In this document: positions 43,796 to 53,688 of the stretch, piece by piece
How positions within the stretch are numbered: the first letter of the stretch is position 1
How the letters are laid out: each line of letters opens with the position of its first letter
Source: an uncultured Bacilli bacterium
Lineage (GTDB): Bacteria; Bacillota_I; Bacilli_A; RF39; UBA660
Length of the DNA: 53,688 bases
Direction of reading: 5' to 3'
NCBI GenBank assembly: GCA_934177545.1
Contig: CAKPPI010000002.1
Coordinates: 1 to 53,688 of the forward strand
The notes under the pieces: generated by a model
What the model saw: the letters and a program-made list of their open reading frames with translations, nothing else
Database searches by the model: none
What the model was told of the DNA's origin: nothing
Made by a program: the position numbers and the translations under genes

Positions 43796-46700
43796 TTAGG
43801 CTAATTGATTTAACTGTGATAATAACTCTGTAAGATAATATATTGGATGTTTATCTAATTTAATGGTATCTAATATTATAGTTACTTCAGTACTTGTAGA
43901 CTTAAATCTAAACATTGGACTTATCTTAAAAGCAGTGATAAATAAGTTTTCTCCATCTTTTATCTGACTAGCAGAAATAGTAACTTCAATTGTATTTTTA
44001 GTTTGATGAACTCTCTTAATATTTAATTTTTTAACTAACTTTTCAAACCATTCTTCGTACATATATATAATCATGTCTTCATTAAGTTTTCCAAATCTAT
44101 CTTCTAGCTCTTGTCTAGTTTTCTCTAAAGATTCTTTGCTATCTATTTGATTTATTATTCTATGTATTTCTATCTTTAAATCTTGTTCTTTTACATAGGA
44201 ATCAGAAATATGGGTTGATACAGAAATTAGTGGTTGTGTATTTTCATCTTCAGTTATTTCTTCACCTTTTAATTTTTGGGTTTCTTCTTCTAGCATTTTT
44301 AAATATAAGTCTATTCCTACACTATCAATAAAACCTGCTTGTTCACTACCTAAAATATCTCCAGCACCTCTTATTGATAAATCTCTAGTTGCAATTGCAA
44401 AGCCACTTCCTAATGAGGTAAAATCTTTTATTACCTTTAGTCTTTTTGTAGCTGTTTCTGTTAAGATTTTACCTTCTTCATACATTAAATAACAATATGC
44501 TATTTTATTACTACGACCAACTCTACCTCTTATTTGATAAAGTTGACTAAGTCCAAAATGGTCTGCATCTAAAATAATTAATGTATTTACATTTGGAATA
44601 TCTATACCTGTTTCTATTATAGTAGTACAGACTAAAACATCGGCTTCATGATTTATAAATTGCATCATTTTATCTTCTATTTCGTTTTTATCCATTTGAC
44701 CATGAGCTGATATTACTCTAGCATTTTCTACTAAGTTACTTATTTCATTAACTTTATCATCAATATCACTAACATGATTATATAGTACAAAGACTTGTCC
44801 ATCACGAGCTAATTCTTTGTTAATGGCTTCTTTAATTAATGTTTTATTAACAGGCAATACATAAGTTTGAACTGGATATCTATTAACAGGTGGAGTTTCT
44901 ATTAATGACATACTTCTTAAACCTGTAATAGACATTTGTAAGGTTCTTGGTATTGGAGTGGCAGTTAGTGTTAATACATCTATATTACTCTTATACATTT
45001 TTATTTTTTCTTTTTGTCTAACTCCAAAACGTTGTTCCTCATCTATTACTAGTAATCCTAAATCTTTTGGTTTAATATCATTACTTAATAATCTATGAGT
45101 ACCAATAACTAAGTCTATTGTTCCGTCTTTTAAACCAGCTATTATTCTATCAGTATCTTTTTTAGAAGTAAATCTGTTAAGTAGTCCTATTTCTATAGGA
45201 AAAGACTCAAATCTTTGCATAGCTGTTTCATAGTGTTGATTAGACAAAATAGTAGTTGGACATAGAAACAAGACTTGTTTTTGGTCAAGTATTGCTTTAA
45301 ATATGGCTCTAAAAGCTACCTCTGTTTTACCAAAACCTACATCACCCACTAATAATCTATCCATTGGATGTGGTTGTTCCATATCTTCTTTTATTTGAGA
45401 AGTTACTAATAATTGGTCTTTTGTTGGTTGATAAGCAAAGTTATCTTCAAACTCTTTTTGCATACTATCATCCTTAGAAAAAGCAAATCCTTTTCTATTT
45501 TCTCTTTCTGACTGAATCCTTAATAAGTCAAGAGCCATATCATGTACTTTAGACTTAACTCTACTTCTAACTTTTTGCCATTGATTTCCACCTAACTTAT
45601 ATATTTTAGGGGCAACTCCTTCTTTTGAAGAATACTTTAATAATAGATCTATTTTTTCTACAGGAATATAAAGTTTATCATTATCTTGATATAATACTTC
45701 AACATAATCTTTTAATTGTTCTCCTTGTTTTAAAGTCTTTAAACCATTATATATACCTATTCCACAGCTTTGGTGAACGACATAATCACCTATTTCAAGT
45801 TTATTTACATCAGTGATTTTACTACCATATTTAAAGTTGGTTTTATACTTTTTATTAATAGTTTTCTTTTGAAACAATTCATTTGCAGTTAGGAATATAT
45901 AATCTTTATAAATAAATCCCTCTTCCATTTCTAGTGATATATAGTTTATTTTTCCTAATTCTATATTAATTAAATTAGTATCAATAGAAGGAAGATTCAA
46001 TTTATTCATTAAACTTTTCTTCTGATAATCTTTTAAGGAAATTATTATAGTCTTAGAATGCATCAAGGATTCTGATAAGTACTTTTCAATAGACTCTGTA
46101 TCCTCATAAAACTGAGGTGGGTTTTTAGTATTAAAGGAAATGATTTCTTTTTTAGATTCTATAGCACTATCAATGGAAAAATAAAGAATAGCATCTTCCT
46201 GATACTTTTCCCCATAAGGAAAGAAGAATCTAGTAGTTTTTATATTTTTTTCTTCTGTGTAATCTTTTACGTCCTTTACTATATTTTCATAAACTATTTT
46301 TATTGAATTTGGATCCTTATATATAGTTACTGAATCTGTTAAATAGTCTTGTATTGAATCAACTTTTATGTAATTATCTAGTGGCTTTGGCGTTTCATCT
46401 TCATCTAATGGTGTATCAACTAAAAATTCAGTACAAGGATAGATAGTTATTTTATCTAGATGCTCCAATGACCTTTGAGTATTTTCATCAAATGTTCTAA
46501 TGGATTCAATAGTATCTCCAAAAAATTCTAATCTGATAGGATGATTTTCTCCTAGCGGAAATAAATCTATTATAAAACCACGAACTCCTAACTCTCCAGT
46601 CTTTGTTACAATAGTTTCTCTTTTATAACCTAATAATTGCAATTTTTCTATTAAGTCTTTATGTGAGACTTCCATGTCAGTTGATAGAGTTAGTATATTA

Positions 46701-47068
46701 TCTTTGTATATTTTTTTATTTGGTAAAAAATGTAAATATCCCATTAAATGAGTAATTACAATCAGTGGCTTATCATTTTGAATAGCTTTTAAAGTTTCCA
46801 GTCTAGTGATAAGTAAATCAGGTGATATAGCAATGGCTTCACTTGTTAAAAAGTCATCCATTGGAAATAAATAAACATCGTTTGTATAAAGACTTATTTT
46901 TTGAAATAATTTATTTGCTTCAATTAAAGTAGAGGTTACTAATAAAATATTCTTATTCTTTTTATTCAATATTTGCCATACATACATCGCAAAAAGTTCC
47001 TCAGACATATTGTCTAAAGAAACTGATTTAATATATAGATTTGAAAATAAATTATCAATAAGATTCAT
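43796..47068 (-). CDS. mfd: Transcription-repair coupling factor
   Basis: 1090 aa. It has a UvrB-homology N-region, a CarD/RNAP-interaction domain (GDYVVHQSCGIGIY), SF2 helicase motifs GDVGFGKTEV and LVIDEEQRFGV, a TRG motif and a C-terminal D7 domain. Confidence 0.96.
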   Translation of the reverse strand: MNLIDNLFSNLYIKSVSLDNMSEELFAMYVWQILNKKNKNILLVTSTLIEANKLFQKISLYTNDVYLFPMDDFLTSEAIAISPDLLITRLETLKAIQNDKPLIVITHLMGYLHFLPNKKIYKDNILTLSTDMEVSHKDLIEKLQLLGYKRETIVTKTGELGVRGFIIDLFPLGENHPIRLEFFGDTIESIRTFDENTQRSLEHLDKITIYPCTEFLVDTPLDEDETPKPLDNYIKVDSIQDYLTDSVTIYKDPNSIKIVYENIVKDVKDYTEEKNIKTTRFFFPYGEKYQEDAILYFSIDSAIESKKEIISFNTKNPPQFYEDTESIEKYLSESLMHSKTIIISLKDYQKKSLMNKLNLPSIDTNLINIELGKINYISLEMEEGFIYKDYIFLTANELFQKKTINKKYKTNFKYGSKITDVNKLEIGDYVVHQSCGIGIYNGLKTLKQGEQLKDYVEVLYQDNDKLYIPVEKIDLLLKYSSKEGVAPKIYKLGGNQWQKVRSRVKSKVHDMALDLLRIQSERENRKGFAFSKDDSMQKEFEDNFAYQPTKDQLLVTSQIKEDMEQPHPMDRLLVGDVGFGKTEVAFRAIFKAILDQKQVLFLCPTTILSNQHYETAMQRFESFPIEIGLLNRFTSKKDTDRIIAGLKDGTIDLVIGTHRLLSNDIKPKDLGLLVIDEEQRFGVRQKEKIKMYKSNIDVLTLTATPIPRTLQMSITGLRSMSLIETPPVNRYPVQTYVLPVNKTLIKEAINKELARDGQVFVLYNHVSDIDDKVNEISNLVENARVISAHGQMDKNEIEDKMMQFINHEADVLVCTTIIETGIDIPNVNTLIILDADHFGLSQLYQIRGRVGRSNKIAYCYLMYEEGKILTETATKRLKVIKDFTSLGSGFAIATRDLSIRGAGDILGSEQAGFIDSVGIDLYLKMLEEETQKLKGEEITEDENTQPLISVSTHISDSYVKEQDLKIEIHRIINQIDSKESLEKTRQELEDRFGKLNEDMIIYMYEEWFEKLVKKLNIKRVHQTKNTIEVTISASQIKDGENLFITAFKISPMFRFKSTSTEVTIILDTIKLDKHPIYYLTELLSQLNQLA

Positions 47069-47074
47069 AACTTC

Positions 47075-47641
47075 CTACTTTCTGTGATTATACTTATTCA
47101 TTATTAAATCAAATTTTTTATCTGCATAATCATTAATTATATTATTAACTATTGGTTCTAATTCTATTAATTTTTTTTCTTCTTCATTAGTAAACTTAGA
47201 AAGAACAAAGGAAACTTGATCCATTAAATTTCTTGTTTCTGAATTAATCCCAATTCTTAATCTATTATACTTATTACTTTTTAAACATTCTTCTATATTC
47301 TTTAATCCATTGTGACCACCAGCACTTCCTTGAGAACGTAAGCGATAGGTACCAATTGGAAGAGCTAAATCATCACTTATTACTAAAATATCTTCTATCT
47401 TTATTTTAAAATAATTTACAAAAAGAAGAACTGATTCACCAGAAAGATTCATATAAGTCTGAGGTTTTAAGAAAATTACTTTTTCATTATTTATAGTTTT
47501 TTCACAATATAACCCTTTAAATTTACTTTTCCAAATAACATTAGTTCCTGATAAATAAGCATCTAGGAAACGAAATCCTATATTATGTCTAGTGTTATCA
47601 TATTCTTTTCCAAAATTTCCTAATCCTACTACTAATTTCAT
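47075..47641 (-). CDS. pth: Peptidyl-tRNA hydrolase
   Basis: 188 aa. It has MKLVVGLGNFGKEYDNTRHNIGF, and SQGSAGGHNGLKNI containing the catalytic region. Confidence 0.95.
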   Translation of the reverse strand: MKLVVGLGNFGKEYDNTRHNIGFRFLDAYLSGTNVIWKSKFKGLYCEKTINNEKVIFLKPQTYMNLSGESVLLFVNYFKIKIEDILVISDDLALPIGTYRLRSQGSAGGHNGLKNIEECLKSNKYNRLRIGINSETRNLMDQVSFVLSKFTNEEEKKLIELEPIVNNIINDYADKKFDLIMNKYNHRK

Positions 47642-47677
47642 AGTTACTCCTCCTAAAATTATTTCCCGGGAAATAAT

Positions 47678-48493
47678 TTACTTATTTTGATGATATTCTT
47701 TATATATAATTGACTTTGGTATTCCTCGCTCTTTTGCTACTTTTTTCATAGCTTCATTTAAACTTAAATTATCTTGCATATATAAGTCAACATGCTGATT
47801 TATAGATAAATCTTGATAGTCTTGTTTTACACCTTCTACTACTAAAACAATCTCTCCTTTTAGTTCTTTATAATTACATAATATTTCTTTTATATTACCT
47901 CTTATAGTTTCTTCATACTTTTTACTCAATTCTCTAACAATAGCAATTTTTCTATTTCCTAATATTTCCAGCATATTTTTTATTGTTTCTTCAAGCCTCT
48001 TAGGTGACTCATAAAAAATAATTGTGAAAGGATAATTTTTTAAGTTATCCAATTCCTTTTTTTGTTTAATTTCTTTTGAATTTAAAAATCCGTAAAAAAG
48101 AAAGGGTTGAGGTGCCAAGGCAGACAATGTTAAAGCAGGCACAAATGCAGTAGGTCCAGGTAAACTTATAACATTATAACCATTTTTTGTCACATATTCA
48201 ACTACTTTGTAACCTGGATCACTAATAATTGGTGTTCCTTGATCTGTTACTAATCCTAGATTAGTACCATTTTTTAAAAATTCTAAAACTTTATCACACA
48301 TTTTATCTTCATTATGATCATGACAACTTATTAGTCTTTTTTTTATATTGTAGTGAGTTAATAATTTTCCAGTTTCTCTTGTGTCTTCACATAGAATTAT
48401 ATCAACTGTTTCTAAAGTTTTTAAAGCTCTTATTGTTATATCATCATAATTTCCAATTGGTGTTGGAATTAAATAAAGATTATTATTTTTCAT
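47678..48493 (-). CDS. rsmI: 16S rRNA (cytidine1402-2'-O)-methyltransferase
   Basis: 271 aa. LYLIPTPIGNYDDITIRAL, ILCEDTR, DQGTPIISDPG and FYESPKRL are the RsmI tetrapyrrole-methylase-fold motifs. Confidence 0.93.
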   Translation of the reverse strand: MKNNNLYLIPTPIGNYDDITIRALKTLETVDIILCEDTRETGKLLTHYNIKKRLISCHDHNEDKMCDKVLEFLKNGTNLGLVTDQGTPIISDPGYKVVEYVTKNGYNVISLPGPTAFVPALTLSALAPQPFLFYGFLNSKEIKQKKELDNLKNYPFTIIFYESPKRLEETIKNMLEILGNRKIAIVRELSKKYEETIRGNIKEILCNYKELKGEIVLVVEGVKQDYQDLSINQHVDLYMQDNLSLNEAMKKVAKERGIPKSIIYKEYHQNK

Positions 48494-48499
48494 ATTTTT

Positions 48500-49183
48500 C
48501 TACTCTCTTTCTAAAAAAACTGGTGATTCTACTTTTAATCCTTCTTTTCCATAATATACAGAATCTAAAAGAAATAATGAGGAATTATTGTTATTATTTG
48601 AATATATAAATTTTATTCTTTTTGGCTCTAGTTTATATTTTTTTAGTGTTTCTATTATTTCTATCAACCTATCTGTTCTATGAATAAAATAGAAGTGTCC
48701 ATTTTGTTTCAATAATTGACTACTACAATATGCTAACTCTTCAAATGTTAATTTTAGCTCGTGACGAGATATAGTCTTTGTTAATAAATCATTAGTTCTC
48801 GATTTAGTTTCAATTTTAAAATATGGAGGATTAGAGATTACAATATCTATGTTATGGGATATAAAATATTTTCTATAATTTTGTACTTTGTCATTAATTA
48901 TTTCAATTTGATTTGACAAATTATTTTCATTTACATTATCTATAGCAATTGATGATAATTCATTTTGGATTTCTATTCCATATATTTTTATATTTGTTCT
49001 AGTACTTAGTAGTAGAGGAATCAGTCCTTGTCCTGTTCCTATGTCAATAATCATTTTATCTTTTTGTTTTATATCAATAAAATTTGATAGCAAAACACTA
49101 TCGCTTGTTATTAAAAAAGAATTAGTAAGTTGACTATAACTAATTTTCTTTCCATTATGTTCTATATATTCTTTGTTAATCAT
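48500..49183 (-). CDS. SAM-dependent tRNA (adenine-N6) methyltransferase, YabB/TrmN6-like
   Basis: 227 aa. It has the SAM motif IIDIGTGQG and the N6-adenine catalytic NPPYF. It occupies the same position as B. subtilis yabB, between yaaT and yabC. Confidence 0.85.
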   Translation of the reverse strand: MINKEYIEHNGKKISYSQLTNSFLITSDSVLLSNFIDIKQKDKMIIDIGTGQGLIPLLLSTRTNIKIYGIEIQNELSSIAIDNVNENNLSNQIEIINDKVQNYRKYFISHNIDIVISNPPYFKIETKSRTNDLLTKTISRHELKLTFEELAYCSSQLLKQNGHFYFIHRTDRLIEIIETLKKYKLEPKRIKFIYSNNNNNSSLFLLDSVYYGKEGLKVESPVFLERE

Positions 49184-49967
49184 TTTTTAGTTCCACTATT
49201 TCTCTACTTTTTGTTTCTACTTTATAAGTTCCAGATAAAAGATTAATTTCTACTACTTTCCCCTCAATCTTCCCATTTTTAATTAAATTGCCAACTTCTG
49301 GAAAATTTTCCTTGAGGTTAGTGTACGTTTCATCTTCATATTTTAAGCAACATAAAAGTCTACCACAAACGCCATTTATCTTAGCAGGGTTTAGAGCTAA
49401 AAACTGATTTTTTGCCATTCCTATTGATACACTGGTAAAATCTGTTAAAAATGTATTACAACATAAAAATAATCCACAAGGCCCTATCCCACCTATTTTT
49501 TGAGCTTTGTCACGAACACCTATTTGACGTAATTCTATTCTTGTTCTATATTGTTGAGCTAAAATTTTAGCTAGTTCTCTAAAATCAACTCTAGTATCCG
49601 CTACATAACTAATAAATAGTTGCTTTCTATCAAAAGTATAAAATGAATCTACAAAGTGCATATCTAAATTTAACTCATTAGCTTTTTTTTGAGCATAACT
49701 ATAAACTTCTTCACTATCTTTTTCATTTTTTTCTTGTTGATATAAATCTCTTTTTGTTGCTATTCTAGTGAAACTGCACACATTTTTGGGAATGTCAGAT
49801 GTGTTAGTAATTTCATTAGTTGAATAAATTTCAGCTAATTTCAAATCTCCATTTTTTTCAACTATTATTTTTGTACCTATTTTTAATGATTCTTTTGTCT
49901 TTAATTTTACAATATCTAATTCTCTTTTTAAATAAGAATTAATAAATCTAATAGTTAAAAATTTCAT
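49176..49967 (-). CDS. ricT: PSP1-domain regulatory iron-sulfur protein RicT (YaaT, stage 0 sporulation)
   Basis: 263 aa. It has the conserved Cys cluster GGIGPCGLFLCCNTFL ... GVCGRLLCCLKYE. Confidence 0.92.
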   Translation of the reverse strand: MKFLTIRFINSYLKRELDIVKLKTKESLKIGTKIIVEKNGDLKLAEIYSTNEITNTSDIPKNVCSFTRIATKRDLYQQEKNEKDSEEVYSYAQKKANELNLDMHFVDSFYTFDRKQLFISYVADTRVDFRELAKILAQQYRTRIELRQIGVRDKAQKIGGIGPCGLFLCCNTFLTDFTSVSIGMAKNQFLALNPAKINGVCGRLLCCLKYEDETYTNLKENFPEVGNLIKNGKIEGKVVEINLLSGTYKVETKSREIVELKND

Positions 49968-50841
49968 TTTTTACCTCCGTTAGTTTGATTAAGAGTGAAT
50001 CTAACCACAATTTAATATTAACATTATACTGAAGTTTTACAGAAAATTCATCAATTATACTTACCATTTCTAATAGTTGGAACTTATTTAAATTGATATC
50101 ATCTGACTTTATATTCAGACTGCTTAAGTCATTAGTTTGTATATAATATTGTAAAATTTTGGAAATTTTTTTTAAAGCATCCAAAGATAATTCTTTTGTT
50201 TGAAATAACTTTTCATAATAATCATTAAATCCTATTATTAATGGATCTTTATCAATTAATAAATTGTTCAATAACTTAATAAGAGTTTGATTATCATTAA
50301 CATCTATCATACGGCTTTTCTCTTGTTTAAGAGTCATTACTGAACATCTAGATAAAATGGTAGGCAATACTTTATATCTATGAGTGGATAAAAGTATTGC
50401 AATTATATTACTTTCTGGTTCTTCTAGAAATTTTAAAATAGTATTGGCAGCACTAAGATTTAACATTTCTGCATGGTGAATAACATATATTTGATATGTA
50501 CCATAAACAGATTTATTGGAAAATTTTTCCATTAATTCCAATAATTGCTCTTTTTTAATAACATTATTTTCTGGTTTTATTTCTAATAAATCCGGATAAC
50601 TTTTATTTTCCAGAAGATTAATTAGCTTTTCTTTTGAAATACCAACTTCATTTGATTCATTAAGACCAGAAATAAGTAACTGCTTATAAAATTCATTTAA
50701 ATATGTATCTACTAAATCATCTTCATTATCATTTGTTTCTATTAAATAAGCGTGATTAATTTTTCCAGAGTTAAGAGGAACAATAGCTTGTTCATAAAAT
50801 AATTGTTGATTTTTTTTCAATTGTTCCAACATTAATAACAC
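49948..50841 (-). CDS. holB: DNA polymerase III delta-prime subunit
   Basis: 297 aa. It has an AAA+-like fold without an intact Walker A (HAYLIETN), plus FLEEPESN and the sensor motif ILSRC. Confidence 0.85.
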   Translation of the reverse strand: MLLMLEQLKKNQQLFYEQAIVPLNSGKINHAYLIETNDNEDDLVDTYLNEFYKQLLISGLNESNEVGISKEKLINLLENKSYPDLLEIKPENNVIKKEQLLELMEKFSNKSVYGTYQIYVIHHAEMLNLSAANTILKFLEEPESNIIAILLSTHRYKVLPTILSRCSVMTLKQEKSRMIDVNDNQTLIKLLNNLLIDKDPLIIGFNDYYEKLFQTKELSLDALKKISKILQYYIQTNDLSSLNIKSDDINLNKFQLLEMVSIIDEFSVKLQYNVNIKLWLDSLLIKLTEVKNEIFNY

Positions 50842-50845
50842 TCCC

Positions 50846-51031
50846 TTAAAATAATATTACTTTTAGTAAAACAAAAACAAAAAGAATTGGGAATCCTAAT
50901 ACACTAATTGAACCAACTGTCATAATATTTATTGGTATTATTAAATTAAATCTAGATGCTATTAAATTATAACCATATAATATAATGACACTCAATATAA
51001 TTCTTTTAATTATCTTAATTATTATTTTCAT
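50846..51031 (-). CDS. bofA: Pro-sigma-K processing inhibitor BofA
   Basis: 61 aa with two TM helices. YGYNLIASRFNLIIPINIMTVGSISVLGFPILFVFVLLKVI parallels the BofA pattern (..GFHIPLNLVTALIVGFLGIPGV..). It sits in the conserved position downstream of recR. Confidence 0.75.
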   Translation of the reverse strand: MKIIIKIIKRIILSVIILYGYNLIASRFNLIIPINIMTVGSISVLGFPILFVFVLLKVILF

Positions 51032-51068
51032 ATTTTCACCTAATAATAATTATGATATTCTTTTTGTT

Positions 51069-51665
51069 TTATGCAATTTCTTTTCTATCTTCTAAAGCTT
51101 TAGATAATGTTAAACTATCTATATATTCCATATCTGCGCCAATAGGTACTCCACTTGCTAATCTTGTGATTTTAATTCCAGTATTTTCCAATATTTTTTT
51201 TATATATAAAGATGTTATTTCTCCCTCAACACTTGGTTTAAAGGCTAAAATTATCTCTTTATAATTATTTTTATTTAAATGATCTAGTAATTTATCAAGT
51301 CCTATGTCTTCAGGATTCACATCGTCAAGTGGAGAAATAAGTCCATTTAAAGCATGATACTTCCCCTTATACATTCCCATCTTCTCAAACAAGAAAACTA
51401 TTTTTGAATCTTCAACAATACATAGAACATCATTATCTCTTGTATCATCAGAACATATTGGACATAATTCCATATCAGTAAGTGTTTGACAAATTGGACA
51501 TTTATGTATACTTACTTTAGCATTTTTTATACTTTCCTGAATTAAATTTATTCTTTCTTCATCAAAATCAAGCAAATTGAAAGCCATTCTTTCTGCTGTT
51601 TTTTCACCAATTCCTGGAAAACTTTTAAAACTATCTACTAAATTTTTTATGCTTTCTGGATACAT
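51069..51665 (-). CDS. recR: Recombination protein RecR
   Basis: 198 aa. It has the HhH motif FPGIGEKTAERMAF, the Cys4 finger CPICQ..CPIC and a Toprim domain (LCIVEDSKIV). Confidence 0.96.
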   Translation of the reverse strand: MYPESIKNLVDSFKSFPGIGEKTAERMAFNLLDFDEERINLIQESIKNAKVSIHKCPICQTLTDMELCPICSDDTRDNDVLCIVEDSKIVFLFEKMGMYKGKYHALNGLISPLDDVNPEDIGLDKLLDHLNKNNYKEIILAFKPSVEGEITSLYIKKILENTGIKITRLASGVPIGADMEYIDSLTLSKALEDRKEIA

Positions 51666-51673
51666 TTTGTCCT

Positions 51674-51973
51674 CTACATAAATCCTGGTATGCCATTAGC
51701 AAGAGGTCCCATTTTATCTTGAGTTGTTTTATCTATTTTTTTGCAAGTATTATTTATTGCTATCATTATCATATCCTCTAAGACTTCAATATCTTCCAAG
51801 TCAAAGTCTGCATCTAAGTTGATTTTGACATCTGTTACTTCCTTTTTACCATTCATTTTAATAGTAACAAATCCTTGATTACTTTCAAATTCCATTTTTT
51901 CTATCTCGGATTGCTTACTTAATAATTCTTTTTGCATTTTTTGAGCTTGTTTCATCATAGCTTGTATATTCAT
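51674..51973 (-). CDS. ybaB: Nucleoid-associated protein YbaB/EbfC
   Basis: 99 aa. MNIQAMMKQAQKMQKEL... and the ending GMPGFM-like tail (GIPGFM) are typical of the YbaB family. Confidence 0.93.
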   Translation of the reverse strand: MNIQAMMKQAQKMQKELLSKQSEIEKMEFESNQGFVTIKMNGKKEVTDVKINLDADFDLEDIEVLEDMIMIAINNTCKKIDKTTQDKMGPLANGIPGFM

Positions 51974-51992
51974 ATATTACCATCCTCTTTCT

Positions 51993-53633
51993 TTATCTAA
52001 TTTCTACTAAGTCTCCAAAAAGTTCTTTGGCTCTAAGAAAACTTTCATTGCTACTTTCTGGTTTACCCTGTTTCGGTTCTTCTGAAGGTTCATCAACTAT
52101 TTCCATTTTTTTACCAGATTTTAACAATATTATGTATTCCTTTTTTAAATTTTCCCAATCCGAATCTTCTATAAATGATATTTTTTTATTAGAATTTGAT
52201 ATCTCACTATAAAATGACATTAACTTTTGAAAATGATCTGATATTCGTTTCAAAGTTGAACTGTGCTCATAACTAACAATTAGTGATTTGTTACTTGATG
52301 CCCTCGGTGTCCCATCTAATAATTCACATGCTAAATATCCATTATTAATATCAAACGTATAATCGTTTATCTTTTTCCATGTATTTAACTCAATATTCAA
52401 ATTATTTTTTGTTGCCTCGGCTAGCGTGTTTTTTGCTCTAATTAACATTGTTTCCTTTAGGTGTATATAGTTTTCATTATTATCACCATTATTAGTAGGG
52501 ATTATTTCTTTTGTTGGTGTACTATCACTATCAGATTCAGTATCAATAATTCTAGAATTTTTATCTGAAATTATTTCCCGGGAAATATTTTTTTCCAACG
52601 TTTTGTTTTGATTGATAAAATGTAATAAAAGTATTTCCACATAAACTTTTATATCATCAGATTTCTTTATGTCAGACAGTTTTTCATTTAAAAGACTGAC
52701 CAGCTCGACAATTTCTTTTTCACTATATTCAAGATTTTCACTTTTTATATAATAATTGATTAGTATATCTTTTAAATGATATATAAGTTGTTTTAATATT
52801 TGGACTAAATCTTTACCGTCGTTATAATAATTTTCTATTTTTTCTAACATAACATCATTTTTGTGAGTTAGAATGGAGTTTTCAAACGCTAATAACTCAT
52901 CCTCTATGATTTGACCATTCATAGTTAAAAAATCATTATAGGTAATTTTTCCCAATTTGTAACTGCTTAATTTATCAAGTAAACCTATAGCATCCCTTAA
53001 CCCACCATCAGAGGCAGATGCAATAGCAGTTAATACTTCATCTTCTATTTCTATTTTTTCATTTGAAGCAATTTTTTCTAACAGTTGTTTAATATCATTT
53101 GGACTTATTTTTTTAAATTGAAACGTTTGACAACGAGAAATAATCGTATTTGGGATTTTCTGTGGATCAGTAGTTGCTAAAATAAAGATAACATGCTCTG
53201 GTGGTTCTTCTAAAGTTTTTAACAAAGCATTAAAGGCTCCAATTGAAAGCATGTGTACTTCGTCTATTATATAAACTTTATATTTCAGCTCGGAAGGTAA
53301 AATTTTCACCTTGTTTCTTAATTCTCTTATTTCATCCACACCATTATTGGAAGCCGCATCAATTTCAATAATATCCATACATTCCTTTTGACCTGAATAT
53401 ACGCAATTTTTGCACTCATTACAAAGACCATTTTTATAATTAAGACAGTTAACAGCTCGAGCAAATATTTTGGCGGCAGTCGTTTTTCCAGTTCCCCTTG
53501 GTCCTGAAAATAAATAAGCATGTCCAATATGAGATGTTTTAATGCTATTTTCAAGAGTTTGGATTATAGTAGTTTGACTTACAACATCTTCAAATTTTTT
53601 AGGTCTATATTTTCTATATAAAGCTTGATACAT
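51993..53633 (-). CDS. dnaX: DNA polymerase III gamma/tau subunit
   Basis: 546 aa. It has YRPKKFEDVVSQ, Walker A GPRGTGKTT, a zinc module CLNYKNGLCNECKNC, Walker B IIDEVHM and the sensor ISRCQ. Confidence 0.96.
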   Translation of the reverse strand: MYQALYRKYRPKKFEDVVSQTTIIQTLENSIKTSHIGHAYLFSGPRGTGKTTAAKIFARAVNCLNYKNGLCNECKNCVYSGQKECMDIIEIDAASNNGVDEIRELRNKVKILPSELKYKVYIIDEVHMLSIGAFNALLKTLEEPPEHVIFILATTDPQKIPNTIISRCQTFQFKKISPNDIKQLLEKIASNEKIEIEDEVLTAIASASDGGLRDAIGLLDKLSSYKLGKITYNDFLTMNGQIIEDELLAFENSILTHKNDVMLEKIENYYNDGKDLVQILKQLIYHLKDILINYYIKSENLEYSEKEIVELVSLLNEKLSDIKKSDDIKVYVEILLLHFINQNKTLEKNISREIISDKNSRIIDTESDSDSTPTKEIIPTNNGDNNENYIHLKETMLIRAKNTLAEATKNNLNIELNTWKKINDYTFDINNGYLACELLDGTPRASSNKSLIVSYEHSSTLKRISDHFQKLMSFYSEISNSNKKISFIEDSDWENLKKEYIILLKSGKKMEIVDEPSEEPKQGKPESSNESFLRAKELFGDLVEIR

Positions 53634-53688
53634 ACTTTCACTTCCAATCAGATATATTGTACCAAATTTTCAGTAAAAAGTCTTTAAC

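Noticed and set aside
1771-52212. All plus-strand ORFs in the track: 1771..1980, 3002..3196, 4980..5189, 13183..13374, 14666..14920, 16812..17075, 23953..24186, 25120..25398, 25726..25944, 26519..26743, 28170..28370, 35156..35401, 36595..36960, 40851..41165, 42648..42989, 45625..45816, 48379..48609, 51052..51264 and 52027..52212.
   Set aside because: Each lies antisense inside a longer minus-strand gene that is well supported or at least better supported. Their translations are low-complexity Ser/Phe/Leu/Ile-rich strings typical of the reverse frame of AT-rich genes. None has a recognisable motif.

Overview
This is a very AT-rich, gene-dense 53.7-kb chromosomal segment from a spore-forming Bacillota (Firmicutes) genome. 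Lineage cannot be fixed from the sequence; an Erysipelotrichia- or Clostridia-like organism is only a guess.

All 57 credible protein genes lie on the minus strand. Every plus-strand ORF in the track looks like an antisense shadow. I saw no rRNA, tRNA, CRISPR array, transposase or integrase.

The backbone is a compacted version of the origin-proximal Bacillus subtilis blocks. Read high to low coordinate: dnaX-ybaB-recR-bofA-holB-yaaT(ricT)-yabB-rsmI-pth-mfd-(unknown)-spoVT-[Met T-box]-metG-tatD-...-rsmA-yabG-veg-spoVG-yabP-yabQ-divIC-tilS-ftsH-mscL-...-dus-RDD-lysS-...-clpC-secA-...-prfB-yitT.

Four accessory modules interrupt it:
1. 34936-39486, between tatD and rsmA: a seven-gene locus with three tandem TasA/CalY-like paralogues, a SipW-type signal peptidase and three translationally coupled downstream genes. 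A further orphan paralogue sits at 19293-19835.
2. About 12.3 kb between secA and prfB. Its secA-proximal part is built from two cassettes, each bounded by a degenerate copy of the secA 3' end (SEC-C motif codons plus terminator).
3. Inside that island (4821-8780): a four-gene operon of surface-type proteins that all lack signal peptides. It holds a collagen-like protein with a possible C1q/BclA-like head, a beta-helix/Ig/WxL-like protein, and two small proteins sharing a C-terminal tag. It may be an exosporium or spore-appendage module, or a phage-fibre remnant.
4. 25776-27830: a tandem pair of uncharacterised paralogues between dus and mscL.

Recoding and regulatory elements visible directly are the prfB +1 frameshift site, a methionine T-box leader before metG, and several clean rho-independent terminators. 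LysRS carries the C-terminal tRNA-binding domain that MetRS usually has, while MetRS here lacks it.
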